Positions 10,288 through 21,961 of a stretch of DNA of 64,000 nucleotides are shown here, piece by piece. Below the pieces are notes generated by a model, which saw only the letters and a program-made list of their open reading frames with translations, searched no databases and was not told the origin of the DNA. The stretch comes from an uncultured Chloroflexia bacterium. Its GTDB lineage: Bacteria; Chloroflexota; UBA6077; JACCZL01. Each line of letters opens with the position of its first letter. Positions within the stretch are counted from its first letter, which is position 1. The position numbers were made by a program, and so were the translations under genes. The stretch covers positions 320,001-384,000 of the forward strand of contig CAVXYC010000023.1 in the NCBI GenBank assembly GCA_963765765.1. The letters are read 5' to 3'.

Positions 10288-11760
10288 ATGGCGGTGCGAA
10301 CCGGCGCCAGTATCTGGAAGGACTGAGAGACAGCCGCGAGATCTGGTTCGAGGGCGAGCGCGTCGCCGACGTGACCGCGCACCCGATCCTGGGCCGAACT
10401 GCCGCGACGCTCGCCGCGCTCTACGACCTGCAGTGCGACCCGACCTTCGCGACGAGATGACCTACGCGTCGCCCACCACCGGCGACCCGGTCAGCATGGC
10501 ATTCATCCAGCCGCGATCGCCCGACGACCTGGTCCGTCGACGGCGGATGTTCAAACGCTGGGCTGATTCGAGTGGTGGCATGCTCGGCCGCACGCCGGAC
10601 TTCCTGAACGCCATGCTGGCCGCCTGCGCATGCAGTGCCCCGTACTTCGGCCGCAACGGGGCCGAGTTCGCCGAGCGCATCGCTGCCTACTACGAGCTGT
10701 GCCGCGAGCGCGACCTCTGCGCCACCCACGCCCTCGTCGATCCGCAGAATCAACCGCGCGCGCACGCAGTCCCAGCAGGCTGATCCCAGACGTGCCCCTC
10801 CACATCGTCGGGCGAGAGCTCCGAGGGGCTCGTGGTGAGCGGCGCCCGCATGCTGGCGACCCTGGCGCCCTACGCGGACGAGGTGCTCATCTTCCCCTCG
10901 CCGTCGCGAACCGACCCGAGCGATGCCCCGCGATATGCGTTCGCGTTCGCCGCCCCGGTCACGCTGCCCGGGCTCAAGTTCATCTGCCGCGAGAGCTTCG
11001 ACATCGGCCGCTCCGACGATGGACCACCCCTCGTCGAGCCGCTACGAGGAGATGGACGCCGATCGTGATCTTCGAGGAGGCGGTCATCCCCTGGGAGCGC
11101 GTGTTTCTTAAGGGCGACATCGGGCTGTGCAACCGGCTGTTCCGCGAGACGCCCGTCCTCATGCACGGGGTCCACCAGTTCACGACGAAGAACGTGGCCA
11201 AGGCCGAGTTCGTGCTCGGGGTCGCGAGCCTGGTGGCCGAGGCGATCGGGCGGACGGAGATGCCGGCGTATCAGCAGCTTCTCGGTGAGATCGTGGACGC
11301 GATCGTGACGCTGCGATCCTTCGTCCGAGCCGCCGAGGCCGACGCCGTGCGCGACGAGCTCGGCTACTACCACCCGAATCCCGAGATCATGGGCACGGCG
11401 CGGAACTACTTCCCGCGCGTCTACCCGCGGCTCATCGAGATTCTCCAGCTCATCGGATCAAGCGGGCTCATGGCCACGCCGACGGAACGCGACTTCGAGC
11501 AGCCGGAGCTGGCGGCGGACATCGAACGGTACTACCAGGGAGCGACGCTCGGCGGTCGTGACCGCGTGCGGCTCTTTCGGCTGGCCTGGGACCTCGCGTG
11601 CAGCTCTTTCGCGGGGCGTCAGGTCCTTTACGAGCGCTTCTTCGCCGGGGACCTCAGCACCAACCTCCAGGCCCGCTTCCGCGCGTACGATCGGAGCGAA
11701 ATTACCGAGCGCGTGCGGTCACTCCTCGATCGATCCTCCGGAGCCGGCACATCGGCATGA
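10288..11760 (+). CDS. hpaB: 4-hydroxyphenylacetate 3-monooxygenase, oxygenase component; several frameshifts
   Basis: MAVRTG..YLEGLRD.REIW, GMLGRTPDFLN, SGARMLATLAP, PGLKFICRESF, FAGRQVLYERFFAGD. Confidence 0.85.
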
Positions 11761-12011
11761 TGGTCCCCGAACCAGCACGTTGAATCGTGATGCACGGTCG
11801 ATGCGGTCAACCCATTGCGCGGCCCGGACAATACCAGGGGCCGAGTGGGGCGCTTGCGCGGAAGGTCCTTGCAGAATGACGATTGGGTGGCCGTGGAAGG
11901 GGAGATGCGAAATTGAGATCCGAACATCATGGCGAGGAGCGGGCGAAAGACGCACACGAGTACCAGGGCGGGTTTTGAGGGAATCGCAATAGTGTTAGTG
12001 AAACACCCATC

Positions 12012-15000
12012 GTGACGCTTTCTGATGGGCTTTACGACGCGCTGGTCACTGGCTCTTTGGCTCAGGATGTTGAATCGCTTGCCGAACCCGAGCGTACGCT
12101 GGAGAAGTTGTCACCGATCGACGCCGCATCTCGGCTCAGTGACGCACTGTCGCGTCAACTCGAGAGAGTCCTGGATGACCTGAGTGGGTCAGAGCCCGAA
12201 AAGGCCAAGCGTCAACTCGAGCTCATCAATGGTTTGCTGGCTCATATCCGTCGCGCAGCCGAGGGGACGCAAGACGCGGTCGATTCCATTCCAGAACCGC
12301 CACACGTACTACGTGGGGTTCATCGGACGCGCGTGCCGGTCGTATCTCCAGAAACCGGCCTGGCGAAGCCCTGGCTTTTTACGGCTGGGAAGGATTCCCC
12401 GTCACTCCTCTCCGAACTGCGGAGGGAGATAGGAAGCTGCGATCAGATCGACGTCCTGGTGAGCTTCATCACACAGGCAGGCGTCCGAAAGATGCTCGAT
12501 ATTCTGCGGCTTGCCACCGCCACCGATGCACGGGGGCAGCAACGCACGCGCGTTCGAGTGTTGACAACCACCTACACCGGCGCGACCGAGCAGGCAGCGA
12601 TCGACGCACTTTCCGCTCTTCCGGGGTGCGAGGTCAGGATTTCTCTCGATGGCCGGCGGAGCCGTCTGCACGCTAAGGCCTGGATCTTTCATCGAAACAC
12701 CGGATTCGGTTCCGCGTACGTCGGGAGCTCGAACCTCTCAGGCGCAGCCTTGCTGGGCGGACTTGAGTGGACAGTGAAGTTCACCCAACGAGGCGATGAG
12801 GCGATGTTCGAACGAGCCCGCGCCCATTTCGAGACGCTGTGGAACGATGATGAGTTTCAAGCCTATGACGCGTCCAACACGGAGCACCGAGTAGCACTGA
12901 AACAGGCGCTCGTCCGCGAGTCCGGCGGCTCACTTATCGCGCAACCGACCTTCTTCGACCTCCAGCCGAAATCATACCAACAGGAAATGTTGGATCAGCT
13001 CCAGCTTGAGCGAGAGCACGGTCGGAACCGAAATCTGGTCGTGGCGGCCACAGGAACAGGTAAGACCGTGGTCGCGGCGTTCGACTACCGGCGGGAATCT
13101 GGTGGAGGGAGCGTTCCCCCGCCTGCTTTTCGTCGCGCATCGACAGGAGATTCGACCTCAGTCATTGCGAACCTACCGCGAGGTGCTTCGAGACATTCCT
13201 TCGGCGACGTTCTCGGCGGCGGAAACCAACCGGACTCATTCGATCATCTGTTTGCAACGATTGACGGCGTTGCGATTGGTGCACTCGTTGACCGTTTCGG
13301 AACGGATTATTGGGACACTGTGGTCATCGACGAATGCCATCGTATGGCCTCTAGTCGCTTCCACCAGCTCGCGACCACGATACAGCCGCGCGTCATGCTC
13401 GGCCTTACGGCTACACCTGAGCGCGCGGATGGGCAATCGATCCTGCCGTACTTCAGCAACCTCCCGGACGGCTCACCGGCCGTTGAGCTACGTCTCTGGA
13501 GCGCGCTCGACCTGCAGCTACTGGCGCCGTTCGAGTACTACGGGATTGACGATGGGACCGACTTCTCGGAAGTGCCGTGGGGGCGCACGGATGAGGAGGT
13601 TCGGGCCATCGATCGGCTCGTTACTGGAAATCATGCACGCGCCCGCCTGGTTATTGACGAGTGGCAGCGGCTCACGGGCGACGCTGCAGCCTCGAAGACG
13701 TTGGTGTTCTGTATCTCTGTTGCACACGCGCAGTACATGACGCAGATGCTCGAACGGCCGGTTTACCCACGCTCTGTATTACGGGCGATACGCCCCGGAC
13801 CAGCGTCGGCGGGCGCCTGCAATGCTCCGGAACGGGAAGGTCTGCGCGCTGGTCACGGTGGATCTTTTCAACGAAGGTATTGATCTGCCCGAGGTGGACA
13901 CGCTGCTGCTGTTGCGTCCGACACAGAGCCCCGTTGTATTTCAGCAGCAGATCGGACGAGGTCATCGACTTGCGCCAGGGAAAGAGAGCTGCTTGATACT
14001 CGATTTCGTCGGCCGACACCGAGCGGAATTCCGATTTGATCGTCTATTTACCCCGCTCACCGGCCTCTCACCCGACGGGAACTGGAGCGATCGGTCCAGG
14101 ATGGCTTTTCGCAGCTTCCAGCAGGCTGCCATTTCCAACTTGGACGACTCACGCGTGAACAAGTTCTGAGGAACCTACGCACCCTATCGCAACAGACCTG
14201 GACTCGCCTTCGTACTGAGCTTCAGGGGTACGCTGCACTCGGTCGGCCAATTCGACTCGGGAGTTTCCTCACCGAGCAAGCGATCGATTTGGACGATCTC
14301 TATCGCGAATCTGGGGCGAGTGGTTGGACGGCGCTTAAGCGCGCGGCCGGTCTGCACGGAGAATCGGAGAGCGCAGAAGAACAGTACTTTGGCAGACGAT
14401 TCTCGGCATTGCTTCATGAGGCACGACCCGGAACAGATACACCTCCTGCGCCAGGTGGCGGACCCGTCGATCCAGTACTCCGCCTCAGGTCAACGGGACC
14501 TTGATCGTTTGCAGATGCTGGCCTACGAGGTGGACGGGACAAATGACCGTGTCGGTTCCGGAGACGAGTTCCTAGAACGCTTACGTTCCGCTCCCGCGAT
14601 GCTCACGGAGCTTGGAGAACTTGGTGAGGTTCTCGATGCCCGCGCGCGCTTGCTATACCGTCCGCTTCCTGATGCTGAAGACATCGCGATGTGTCTCCAT
14701 GCACGCTACTCGCGCCGAGAGATTCTGACCGCGTTCGGCTGGTACACGGCCGGGAGGCGGCCTCCCTCGCAGAGTGGCGTGCTTGCCCTCCCGGATCGCA
14801 GGACGGAGCTTCTGTTTGTAACCTTGGATAAAAGCAGTGGCTTCCATGATCGCATCGCTTACCGGGACCACGCGGTCAGCCCCGAAAAGTTTCACTGGCA
14901 GAGTCAGAATTCGGCCGCTCCATCGACCGTCGCCGGCCGTTGATACATCGAGAGCCCCGGAAACGGTTGGACCTTTCAGCTCTTTGTACGGGGCCGCCAG

Positions 15001-15162
15001 GACGACGCGTATGTGGCTCTCGGACCAGGTATCCTTGAGCACTACGAAGGCGCGAAGCCGATGAGTATTGTTTGGAAGCTTAGGGAACGTATGCCGCCAC
15101 GCCAATTCGAGGAATTTAGCGTTCTGCGAGGAGGTAACGCTATAGCGAGCCAATCGAATTGA
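12012..15162 (+). CDS. PLD nuclease + SF2 helicase + DUF3427-like protein (SauUSI-like type IV restriction candidate); frameshifts and an in-frame TGA at 14941
   Basis: LHAKAWIF...GSSNLS, AATGTGKT, DECH, TAT, VDLFNEGIDLP, QQIGRG, C-terminal FHWQSQN. Confidence 0.8.
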
Positions 15163-15203
15163 CGCTATTGCGAACCAACTTTCCAAGCGTTGTTGAGTGA
15201 CTA

Positions 15204-15467
15204 ATGTCCCGCGTCGTTACGCCTTTCGAGCAAATCTGCGCCGCCATGGTTGAAGCTATGGATCCTGACCTTCGCCTGGCCGGCGCGGAACTTGAGTTCA
15301 TGGCCGCCGATATCGCGAGGCGAATTTCGCCCGTTGCGGACGATGCCCGCGCTACTGTGCTGACGACGGACCGTTTGATTACGGTTCTGTACGCTGAGGC
15401 GGGTAAGCCATACGGTCCCGGCCCAGAGGCGCGTTGGCGGTGGTTCTTCGAACGAGTGGACGCTTGA
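15204..15467 (+). CDS. Hypothetical protein
   Basis: 87-aa ORF with plausible composition; no recognised motif. Confidence 0.35.
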   Translation: MSRVVTPFEQICAAMVEAMDPDLRLAGAELEFMAADIARRISPVADDARATVLTTDRLITVLYAEAGKPYGPGPEARWRWFFERVDA

Positions 15468-15570
15468 CTAAGAGCAACGTTTGCTCGTGGCGGGCAGCGT
15501 GTCAAATGGCGGACCGGCGGTGATCGACCCGCGACTGCCATGATGGGCACCAAGATTCGGGCGATGTTCC

Positions 15571-16029
15571 CTACGGCCCGTCAAGAAGCTCGTCAAGCAG
15601 CAGCACATCGAAGCGCGTTCGGGCTCTTGCGAGCGTTCGATCGTTCGTGACGAATGCGGTCGCCTCGTGAATGATGGCGGTGGCAACGACGAGAGCGTCC
15701 GGGGGCCTTAGATTTAGCGTCGCTCGCAGTCGGGCGGCTTCCCGGGCAACATCTCGCGTGACATCCGCGATCGACAGATTGGGGAAATTCACGATGAGGG
15801 CTTCGTACTCTGCCGCTACGGCCCCCGCGTTCAATTTCCAGGGGTGGACTAGTATTTCCATGATGGAGACGGTGGAGAGCACCGCTGACCAGATCCCTGC
15901 CTCCACGCCCGCGAATAGCTCGGTAGTCAACGCCAGATATCGGCGGTTTGCTTCGAAGTGGTAGATGAATATGGTGGTATCGAGAGCAATGCGGCTGTGC
16001 GCGGCTAGTCGTTCGCCGACTTGTCCCAC
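15571..16029 (-). CDS. vapC: PIN-domain toxin (VapC family)
   Basis: IALDTTIFIY, E in SIMEIL, DALVVATA, FVTND; overlaps the upstream antitoxin. Confidence 0.88.
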   Translation of the reverse strand: MGQVGERLAAHSRIALDTTIFIYHFEANRRYLALTTELFAGVEAGIWSAVLSTVSIMEILVHPWKLNAGAVAAEYEALIVNFPNLSIADVTRDVAREAARLRATLNLRPPDALVVATAIIHEATAFVTNDRTLARARTRFDVLLLDELLDGP

Positions 16030-16259
16030 GCGTTCCGCTCGCCCTCCAGATAAGCCTCGGCATCGACATCCTGCCAAATCTCGTTGTGGAGACCCGCGAG
16101 CCGATCGGTGTAGCTCGACGGTTCTGGTACGAGTATGAGGACGCCATCTTGAACATCCACGAGAAGGCGGTCTCCCTGCTTGATGTTGAGCCGCTCCCGC
16201 GCCGAGCTGGGTACGGCTATCTGAAATCGCCGGCTCACCTTTACTGTCTGCGAAGACAC
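16005..16259 (-). CDS. vapB: AbrB/MazE/SpoVT-type antitoxin
   Basis: VKVSRRFQIAVPSSARERLNIKQGDRL swapped-hairpin motif. Confidence 0.85.
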   Translation of the reverse strand: MSSQTVKVSRRFQIAVPSSARERLNIKQGDRLLVDVQDGVLILVPEPSSYTDRLAGLHNEIWQDVDAEAYLEGERNAWDKSAND

Positions 16260-16272
16260 TACATGACTCCTA

Positions 16273-16302
16273 TGCTTAGTAATTGTAGCATTCTGCTAAG
16301 CA
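16273..16302 (-). promoter_or_regulatory. TA promoter with overlapping inverted-repeat operator
   Basis: TGCTTAG...CTAAGCA arms flank an extended -10 TGcTACAAT on the minus strand (16282-16290). Confidence 0.55.
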
Positions 16303-16410
16303 GTGGCGGCCGGGCAGCTTCGTGTGGACGCGCTCCGCTACGATTGCGCGGATGTAGCCGGTCAGCAACACTATGAGCGCGCAATCGAATCTTCGTAGGG
16401 AGTGACTACT

Positions 16411-17172
16411 ATGGCGTTCTTCGAAAAGGGCGAGGTCCGCATCCGCTACGAAGAGGTCGGCTCCGGTTTCCCGTTGCTACTCATAGCGGGCGGGGGATTG
16501 AACGCGACACTCGACTTTTTCAAAGGCAACGCACCGTTCGATGTGTTGCAAGAGTTCAAGGATCGGTACCGCTGCATCACGATGGACCTGCGCAACGCCC
16601 CGGGCGGAGAGTCAGTCGGCCCGCTCGAGATTGATAGGCCCTGGGATGCATACGCCGATGACCAGCTCGGCCTGATGGATCATCTGGGCATCGATCAGTT
16701 CATGGTGCTGGGGTTCTGCATCGGCGGGCCGTTCATCTGGAACCTACTGCGGCTGGCGCCTGAGCGTATCGTCGCGGCAGTGTTGGCTCAGCCCAGCGGA
16801 TTCCGTCCGGAGATGCCCGACCTTTTCTATAACAACAACATTTCCAGATGGGGACCAGCGTTGTGTGCCCGCCGATCCGACATCACGATGGAGATGGTCG
16901 ACGCATTCCTGAACAAGATGTACCGATCGGATGCGGACTTTGTCTTTACCGTGACCCGCGACTTCGTGCGCTCGTGTCAGACGCCGGTGCTTGTCCTGCC
17001 AGACGACATTCCGGAACACCCGTACGCCGTGGCTATGGAAACCGTGCGCCTCGCACCGAATGCTCAAGTAAGCATCTACCCCTGGAAAAGACCGCCCGAG
17101 CTGATTCCCCAAGCCGTGGAACAGGTGCGCGACTTTCTCCGCGCGCACACCCCGGAAGCCGTTACTCGCTGA
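16411..17172 (+). CDS. Alpha/beta hydrolase with Cys at the nucleophile elbow (paralog 1)
   Basis: GSGFPLLLIAGGG, GFCIGG. Confidence 0.85.
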   Translation: MAFFEKGEVRIRYEEVGSGFPLLLIAGGGLNATLDFFKGNAPFDVLQEFKDRYRCITMDLRNAPGGESVGPLEIDRPWDAYADDQLGLMDHLGIDQFMVLGFCIGGPFIWNLLRLAPERIVAAVLAQPSGFRPEMPDLFYNNNISRWGPALCARRSDITMEMVDAFLNKMYRSDADFVFTVTRDFVRSCQTPVLVLPDDIPEHPYAVAMETVRLAPNAQVSIYPWKRPPELIPQAVEQVRDFLRAHTPEAVTR

Positions 17173-17292
17173 AGTTGGCGCCGTTGGGCATGCGAAGGGC
17201 TAGGCCCGCGCTTGATAGTGAGCGCTTCTTAAGACGCCCCCGTACGGGGGCGGATCCGTATCTCCGCGAGAATTTGTTGGTGCGGAGCGCTG

Positions 17293-18135
17293 TTACCCGG
17301 TCGCCGTGAGCCGGGCGATCGTCTCGGCGCTCCAGTCTCCCTGCTCGAATCCGAAGAAGCGCGCGTACTGCTCGATCTGCTGATCGGTCATGATGGCGCC
17401 GGGCTGGACGAAGCAACCGCGCTCACGGGCGGCCATGAGCAGCGGGGTGAAGCCTGAGCCGATCACCGCGTCGGCTACGATGGCCGCTGGGTCCAACCGC
17501 TCGCAGTCCAAGGGCAGCGGATCGGACTCTCGCATGCCGACGGGGCTGGCGTTGACGACGAGGTCGTAACCGGTCGGGTCGGAGGACGTCGCGCTGGAAA
17601 CGTAGCCTGCCGCTCGTAGCCGCGTAGACAATGCCTGAGAGCGAGACTCATCGATATCCGAGACGTCGACGCCTTGCGCGCCAGATTCCGCGACTGCAAA
17701 CGCGATTGCCGATCCGACGCCGCCAGACCCAACGATGAGCGCCCGGCGTCCCTCGATTCGCTGGCCCGATGCCCGTAGCCCGGCGATAAAGCCGATACCA
17801 TCAAAGATGTCGCCAACTGTTCGGCCATCGGGGCGTATTGCCACCGCGTTGACCGCTCCAACCTGGCGTGCGCGTGGTGTGGCCTCATCCACGAGCGAGA
17901 GTACCGGTGGCTTATGTGGGATCGTGACGATGAGCCCCAGCAGATTGGGAAGGGTGCGGATACCATCCCAGAAAAACTGCAATGAGTTTGCCGGCACCCG
18001 CATTGGCACACACACGGCATTGGTCCCGTTGTGCCGGAAGAGCGGATTCCAGATGATCGGCGCACGCACCTGAGCAATCGGATCGCCAATGACGGGCAAG
18101 ATGCGAGTGAAGCCGTCAATCTGCGGGTGAATCAC
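17293..18135 (-). CDS. Shikimate dehydrogenase family (AroE-like)
   Basis: GDPIAQVRAP, VTIPHK, GAVN, DGIGF, GSGGVG, NASPVG. Confidence 0.85.
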   Translation of the reverse strand: MIHPQIDGFTRILPVIGDPIAQVRAPIIWNPLFRHNGTNAVCVPMRVPANSLQFFWDGIRTLPNLLGLIVTIPHKPPVLSLVDEATPRARQVGAVNAVAIRPDGRTVGDIFDGIGFIAGLRASGQRIEGRRALIVGSGGVGSAIAFAVAESGAQGVDVSDIDESRSQALSTRLRAAGYVSSATSSDPTGYDLVVNASPVGMRESDPLPLDCERLDPAAIVADAVIGSGFTPLLMAARERGCFVQPGAIMTDQQIEQYARFFGFEQGDWSAETIARLTATG

Positions 18136-18285
18136 AAGTACCCCTCCACGGATGTTCTGCCGCCTTTACTATGCACGAAGGTCCACGTAGCTCCCGCGCC
18201 GCGGCCGGCTCGGATACGATTGGCGGGTCGCACGCGACACGTGTCATTGTGAGCACGCGAATCGACAAATTGAGGAGACACCGCC

Positions 18286-19044
18286 ATGCCGATATTCGAA
18301 AAGGGCGACGTTCGCATTCGTTACGAGGAGGCCGGCTCCGGCTTCCCGCTTCTTGTGACGCCGGGTGGCGGGTTGAACTCACGGGTAAAGAATTGGCAGA
18401 CAGCGGTGTTCAATTCGATGGAGGAATTCAAAAACGACTTTCGATGCATCACCATGGACCAGCGCAACGCGAACGAGGGTGAATCCAGTGGACCCATTCC
18501 GGTGGACGACCCGTGGGGAGCATTCGCCGACGACCAGCTCGCGGTGATGGATCACCTGGGCATCGATAAGTTCTTCTTCATGGGCTACTGCATCGGCGGC
18601 CCGTTCGCCCTGAAGATCATGGAGCGTGCCCCCGACCGCGTGGTGGCCGGTGTGCTCTGCCAGCCGGTAGGACACCGACCGGAGGATCCGGACGTTATGT
18701 ACCGCTCCGGTCACGACAACTGGGCTCCCGAATTTCTCGCACGGCGACCCGACGTAACCATGGAGACCATCGAAGCGTATCTACACAACCTCTACCGCGT
18801 GCAGCCTGACTTCGTCTACAGCGTGACCCGCGACTTCGTGCGCTCGTGCCAGACGCCCATGTTGGTCCTGCCGGACGATGTCCCGGCGCACCCATACGCC
18901 GTGGCTATGGAGATTGCCGAGCTGGCACCCAGGGCCGAAGTTTCGGTGTACCCGTGGAAAGAGTCAGCAGATCTGAAGGCCAAGGTTGTGAGCCATGTTC
19001 GCGACTTTCTGCGATCGCACGAGCCCGCTAAAGCTGCTGTTTGA
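18286..19044 (+). CDS. Alpha/beta hydrolase with Cys at the nucleophile elbow (paralog 2)
   Basis: GYCIGG; colinear with 16411-17172; GAGGAG RBS. Confidence 0.88.
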   Translation: MPIFEKGDVRIRYEEAGSGFPLLVTPGGGLNSRVKNWQTAVFNSMEEFKNDFRCITMDQRNANEGESSGPIPVDDPWGAFADDQLAVMDHLGIDKFFFMGYCIGGPFALKIMERAPDRVVAGVLCQPVGHRPEDPDVMYRSGHDNWAPEFLARRPDVTMETIEAYLHNLYRVQPDFVYSVTRDFVRSCQTPMLVLPDDVPAHPYAVAMEIAELAPRAEVSVYPWKESADLKAKVVSHVRDFLRSHEPAKAAV

Positions 19045-19244
19045 GGTCGCGCAATCAACCACCACGTAAGCGTTTTGTGAGGTGAGGAGACAGGATTCAC
19101 CGTCTGGGGGTGCAATCGCTGTTGCGATCGTCGGCAATGGATCCTCAAGTGGCGCCCGCAAGGAGACGTCACTGCGTCAAACGCCTAGGTGATCGGTACG
19201 CGGCCGCCTCCTACCGGGCGCTCCGGTCGGAGACGTTGCGGTGT

Positions 19245-19280
19245 GCGGTGCATCAGCCCGTGGATGGGCTGATGCACCGC
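19245..19280. terminator. Perfect 15-bp-stem hairpin between convergent genes
   Basis: GCGGTGCATCAGCCC-GTGGAT-GGGCTGATGCACCGC; no clear U tract. Confidence 0.45.
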
Positions 19281-19296
19281 TTGGACATGGCCTGAC

Positions 19297-20370
19297 TTAC
19301 CGAATCTGCCCTTCAACAATGTTGCTGAAGAGGCTCATCTCGTGGGGGAGCATGACCGGGTCGGCGGGGCACACGTAGGAGGAGTTGAGCTGGTCCAGGG
19401 CGGTGATGCCGAGGAGGCCCATCGCGATCTCCATCTCGCTCTCCAGGATCTCCAGCACTCGCACCACGCCAGCTGCCCCGTCCGCGGCCAGGCCCCAGCC
19501 CTGAAGCTTCCCGATCGCCACCGCGTCCGCGCCGAGGGCCAGGGCTTTGAGCACATCGGTGCCGCGTTGAATGCCGCCGTCCAGAATGATCTTGGCCTTG
19601 CCTTTCGTGACAGCGTGGATCTCTGGTAGCGTCTCGATGGCTCCACGGCCATGATCGAGCTGTCGACCACCGTGATTGCTGACCCACACCACGTCAATAC
19701 CCCGCTGCACGCAGATGGACGCGTCCTCGGCGGTGGCAATGCCCTTGAGCATGAACGGCAACCCAGTAAAGTCGCGAATGCGCTCCACCGTGTCCCAGGT
19801 CGACGCGGCCTGAAACTCGCGGCCAGCGGCTGAGCGCTGGGTGGGTGGCGCGTAGCGGCCGAGCATGGGGCGCTCTCGATGCGAGAGATGGGCCGTGTCC
19901 ACCGTGACGCACAGCGCCGCGTAACCGGACTCCTTGACCCGGGTCAGGATGTCCTTGCACCAATCCCAGTCCCCTCGGACGTAGAGCTGGAATGTCTTCG
20001 GAAAATCGCCGGCCTTGCTGGTCTCCTCCAGCGTCGGCTCCGTCACGGAGCTGAGAACGTGCATCGTGCCGAATTCGGAGGCCGCCCGGGTCACCTCGGC
20101 ACCACCACCTGGGTGGAAGACCTGGAGTGAGCCGATTGGTGCGGGCAGCACAGGAATCCTCAGCCTGTGCCCCAGAAACGTGGTTGACGTATCGATCGAC
20201 GAGACGTCAACCAGGACGCGCGGCCGGAACGCAATTTTGTCGAAACCGAGTCGGTTGCGCCGCATCGTCGTCTCGGACTCCGAGGCGCCCACGAGGTAAT
20301 CCCACGGCCCCTGCTCGAGGTTTTTCCTGGCCGCGGCGATGATTTCTTGATTACTGAGAAAGTCGCCCAC
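19297..20370 (-). CDS. FMN-dependent alpha-hydroxy acid oxidase/dehydrogenase
   Basis: FRPRVLVDVS, VTVDT, LKGI, VSNHGGRQLD, DGGIQRGTDVLKALALGA. Confidence 0.92.
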   Translation of the reverse strand: MGDFLSNQEIIAAARKNLEQGPWDYLVGASESETTMRRNRLGFDKIAFRPRVLVDVSSIDTSTTFLGHRLRIPVLPAPIGSLQVFHPGGGAEVTRAASEFGTMHVLSSVTEPTLEETSKAGDFPKTFQLYVRGDWDWCKDILTRVKESGYAALCVTVDTAHLSHRERPMLGRYAPPTQRSAAGREFQAASTWDTVERIRDFTGLPFMLKGIATAEDASICVQRGIDVVWVSNHGGRQLDHGRGAIETLPEIHAVTKGKAKIILDGGIQRGTDVLKALALGADAVAIGKLQGWGLAADGAAGVVRVLEILESEMEIAMGLLGITALDQLNSSYVCPADPVMLPHEMSLFSNIVEGQIR

Positions 20371-20517
20371 GCTTCCCTCCTTGTTGGTGATCTGGCCTGC
20401 GCCAAAGGATCGGCGCGACGGGATGGCCCGCGTCACATGACGCCGGGCATCGAACGTTTCTTCAAGCCAGCATTATGCGCCTCGTGCGCGGTGTTGTGCT
20501 TGGAACGGGAACTAGAT

Positions 20518-20610
20518 GTAGTGGCGTCCATTTACGGGCGCCACCTGTGCATCGTGCATTGCGATCGGATTAGGGATTCCCAAGTGGCGCCCGTAAATGA
20601 GCGCCACTAC
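20518..20610. repeat. REPIN-like inverted pair of GTAG REPs (family D)
   Basis: GTAGTGGCGTCCATTTACGGGCGCCAC...GTGGCGCCCGTAAATGAGCGCCACTAC; degenerate arm also near 19149-19175. Confidence 0.7.
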
Positions 20611-20665
20611 CTCTGCCTCGGTCAAAAGCGGCGACGACCGCCGCAGTCCAAAAGAGCAGCGAGGG

Positions 20666-21944
20666 CTATCGCGGAAGCGGCGCTCGCTCGCCGTACATCT
20701 CCTCGAGCAGCTCGGTAATGGGGCTGTAGTTGCCGGATGGCTTGCGGCGCACGGCGTCCATATTGAGCGTCATGTTGTGGCCGTAGTCGTGCGTGGCCAG
20801 CGGGATGATGTCGTTATCCGCCGGATCGCGGAAGACGTTGATCGGGTCCTCGCCGCGCTCAACCTTCTCGATCTCTTCCAGGAGCATGCGCCGATAGAGA
20901 AGGAGGCCGCGATCGGACCCAGCTAAGCGCTCCACCGACCGATCCACAATAGGACCCTGCGCCGGCCAGGCAAGCATGTCCTGCGCCAGGATGTAGTCCG
21001 GGAAATCGCCGAGATCGTTCTGGAGCGGCAGATCGTAGAGCGGGACGACATCCTGTTTTGGCGCTTTCACACCGTCGGGAGGGAAGAAGACTTCGTATTC
21101 GAGGTGCCAGGTTGTAGTGTCGTCGATGGGGACACGGATCTGGAAGGCGGCCCCGGTGCCTAATACCGGTATGCGCACCTTATCCGGGAACACGAGCGGG
21201 TGGCCGAGCCGCCAGTCATCCGTTGTCTCGGCGTCGCCTTCAAGCAGCCGCTTTTTGATGATTCCGTACTTGTATCGATCGAAATCGATCTTGACGTGGT
21301 GCTTGAGAAATGGCGTTACGTGCGAGACGTTCCAATCCGGGTGCGGACGACCCTGACGCTCAAGCTCCTCGAGGCAGTATTTGAAGAACCAGCCATGGAG
21401 GTACTCCGCATGGGTGGGGTCCACAGAGTTCTCCATGCACTGCAGCCAGTTACATGGGATCATCGTGGCGCCCACGTCGCGAATCACATTGGGCATCGCG
21501 TAGAGGTCCCAGCGAGGCAGAAGCGGCGTGGGCCCGGGGCCGAGGTAGGCGAATATCAGTCCGCCCAGCTCCTCCACAGGGTAGGCCGTGCGTCTGCACG
21601 CGTTGATAGAAGTTGCTGTCCGGCTCTTCGGCAGGCTGCTCCAGGCACTGGCCGGTGGCGTCATACAGCCACCCGTGATACGGACAGCGCAGGCCTTCTT
21701 CTTCCGGAATGCCGTACTTCAGGTCCACACTGCGATGCGCGCAACGCTGGCCGAGCAAGCCATACCGTCCCTTGCGATCCTTGTACAGCACCAGGTCTTC
21801 GCCCATGAGACGGACGGGTTTGGTGGGACGGTCAATCAGCTCAGAGACGCCGGCCACCGGCCACCAGTAACGTCGGAGGAGCGTGCCGAGGGGAGTGCCG
21901 GGACCGACGCGGGTCAGGCGTTCATTTTGTTCTTTGGTAAGCAC
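20666..21944 (-). CDS. Rieske non-heme iron oxygenase alpha subunit (LigX/phthalate 4,5-dioxygenase-like); frameshift near 21590
   Basis: CAHR...CPYHGW Rieske motif; ENSVDPTHAEYLH iron site; QD. Confidence 0.9.
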
Positions 21945-21961
21945 GAGACCTCCCGGTGGTC

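Noticed and set aside
14941-14943. In-frame TGA as selenocysteine or stop-codon reassignment
   Set aside because: The context suggests Arg (CGA), TGA is used as a normal stop throughout the window, and the odd tRNA does not read UGA.
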